A DNA stretch of 59,003 bases, the filler included. It is 6 parts of 6 records of this genome, joined end to end, with 100 filler letters (N's around TTAATTAATTAA, not from the genome) between each part and the next. Parts side by side here need not be neighbours in the genome. Positions count along the whole stretch, not along the records: positions 53,939 to 59,003 come from SRR31156797_28764; 5 more parts are not named here. One strand, given 5' to 3'. Each line of letters starts with the position of its first letter. Positions within the stretch are counted from its first letter, which is position 1. The notes under the pieces were generated by a model. That model made no database searches, had not been told where the DNA came from, and saw nothing but the letters and a program-made list of their open reading frames with translations. Positions 57,809-59,003 of the stretch are shown in pieces. A program made the position numbers and the translations under genes.

Positions 57809-57840
57809 GATGAGTATTTTGACAATCGAAACCGTATTAC
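57809..57840 (+). promoter_or_regulatory. Putative ECF promoter copy 2, in front of fecR
   Basis: GATGAGTA-N16-CGTATTAC, about 20 nt before the fecR ATG. Confidence 0.65.
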
Positions 57841-57860
57841 ATATTAGTGGTTAGAAAAAC

Positions 57861-58853
57861 ATGCAAGACAAAATTTATACTATAATAGAAAAGGGCAAAT
57901 CAACCAATGCAGATGAGGCGGAAAAACAGGAAATGTATGCTCTTTTTCATCAGCCGGAAAATGAATTTGAGTTGAAGAATCATTTGTTTGAAGAATTAAG
58001 TGAATTGGAAATAAATGAGCCATCTGCTGTCAATTTTAAAAATCTCTTTTCGAAACTCTGGAATAAAATTGAAAAAAATACAAAACAAGCAACAATTAAG
58101 ATTAGCATAAACAACCGGATGTTAAGAGTTGCGGCAGCAGTTGTAATTGGGTTGTTTGTTGGTATTTATGCCATGACGTTAAGAAATAATCAAGAATCTC
58201 AGTTTTACTCGGCATATTCACCAAAAGGATCGGTTTCGGAAATGATTTTACCCGATAGCTCGGTTATTTATTTAAATGCCGATTCAAGAATAAAATACAG
58301 CATCGACGGTTTCAAAGGCAGTCGGGAAGTGTTTCTTGATGGCGAAGCCTGGTTTGAAGTTCAAAAAAATAAAAAGAAACCATTTGTCGTTCACACCGGA
58401 TATTACGATGTAAATGTTACCGGAACCCAGTTTAATGTTAAAGCATATGCGAGCGAAAATGAAGTGGTAACTACACTTGAAGAAGGTGAGGTTGTTATTA
58501 ATTCAACAGAATCTTTAGCACTTGAAAAAAGCATTACGTTAAATCCGGGAGAACAGGTAGTGCTAAATAAAACTTCTCGCCAAATTGACATTAATGCCGT
58601 GAATACTAGCTGGTTTACATCGTGGAAAGATAACACACTCATATTTGTAAATATGAGCCTGAAAGAGTTGATAATTTTACTTGAAAGAAAATATGGTGTA
58701 GATATTACTGTGAAAAACAAGGAGATTCTTGATCTTCATTTTGACGGAACAATTAAAAATGAAACCATTTTTGAAATACTCGATATTATTAAAACTACGT
58801 TACCCGTGAATTATAAGGTAACCGACCAAAAAATAGAAATTGAAGCAAAATGA
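57861..58853 (+). CDS. FecR family anti-sigma factor
   Basis: TM VAAAVV; LPDSSVIYLNADS, REVFLDGEAWFEV, V.GTQFNV.AY, SWKD. Confidence 0.93.
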   Translation: MQDKIYTIIEKGKSTNADEAEKQEMYALFHQPENEFELKNHLFEELSELEINEPSAVNFKNLFSKLWNKIEKNTKQATIKISINNRMLRVAAAVVIGLFVGIYAMTLRNNQESQFYSAYSPKGSVSEMILPDSSVIYLNADSRIKYSIDGFKGSREVFLDGEAWFEVQKNKKKPFVVHTGYYDVNVTGTQFNVKAYASENEVVTTLEEGEVVINSTESLALEKSITLNPGEQVVLNKTSRQIDINAVNTSWFTSWKDNTLIFVNMSLKELIILLERKYGVDITVKNKEILDLHFDGTIKNETIFEILDIIKTTLPVNYKVTDQKIEIEAK

Positions 58854-58995
58854 ATTATTTAAAAAGGAGGTGTTAATGAAATAAAGGCTTAAATAAAAAA
58901 AGCCGGAAGGTGCGGACACACCAACCAGCTATTTCTGTTTCGAAAATTAAGGTGGTAATCCACCAAAAATGCAATTAATCAAAACATTCAAATTT

Positions 58996-59003
58996 ATGAA
59001 AAA
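58996..59003 (+). CDS. Probable start of a downstream gene (SusC/TonB-dependent receptor expected by context)
   Basis: A-rich leader + ATGAAAAA at the window edge after sigma-fecR; product inferred from typical gene order only. Confidence 0.35.

Noticed and set aside
1-59003. CRISPR arrays, tRNA/rRNA genes, transposases, phage genes
   Set aside because: No regularly spaced repeats, cloverleaf/rRNA signatures or recognisable mobile-element ORFs seen by eye

Overview
This window is not one continuous locus. It is six assembled contigs joined by five artificial 100-bp spacers (N-run + TTAATTAATTAA + N-run), and the contigs come from at least three different phyla. Contig 1 (1-28034, Desulfobacterota-like) carries an M29 aminopeptidase, an RsmB/NOP methyltransferase pair, a histidine kinase with a degenerate Hpt, a full trpEGDCFBA operon with an unannotated WWW leader peptide and a two-terminator attenuator, an acyl-CoA dehydrogenase, an S8 protease, a ModE-like regulator divergent from a selenocysteine formate dehydrogenase / aldehyde oxidoreductase / Tat-FmdE cluster, MFS, USP, an NtrC-type regulator and ahbC-hemB-ahbD-ahbA. 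Contig 2 (28135-35910) carries gmd, a CsgG/PelC-like lipoprotein, a BACON-like secreted protein, SapC and two RelE/ParE toxin-antitoxin pairs. Contig 3 (36011-42060) holds a run of secreted cohesin-like, dockerin-like and PEP-CTERM-type proteins, plus a hybrid kinase and diguanylate cyclase. Contig 4 (42161-47211, AT-rich, Arcobacter/Campylobacterota-like) has murE and a MoxR/DUF58/VWA cluster. Contig 5 (47312-53838, Desulfobacteraceae-like) has two Na+/H+ antiporters, a DUF362 protein and an alkaline phosphatase fragment. Contig 6 (53939-59003, Bacteroidota) has a TPR protein, a VKOR-DsbA fusion and an ECF sigma/FecR pair. The most interesting signals are a candidate PEP-CTERM-anchored cohesin-dockerin surface scaffold in a Gram-negative anaerobe, a six-segment relay trp attenuator, and tandem ECF promoters bracketing a possible sRNA. 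All family calls are by-eye motif recognition; no database searches were run.
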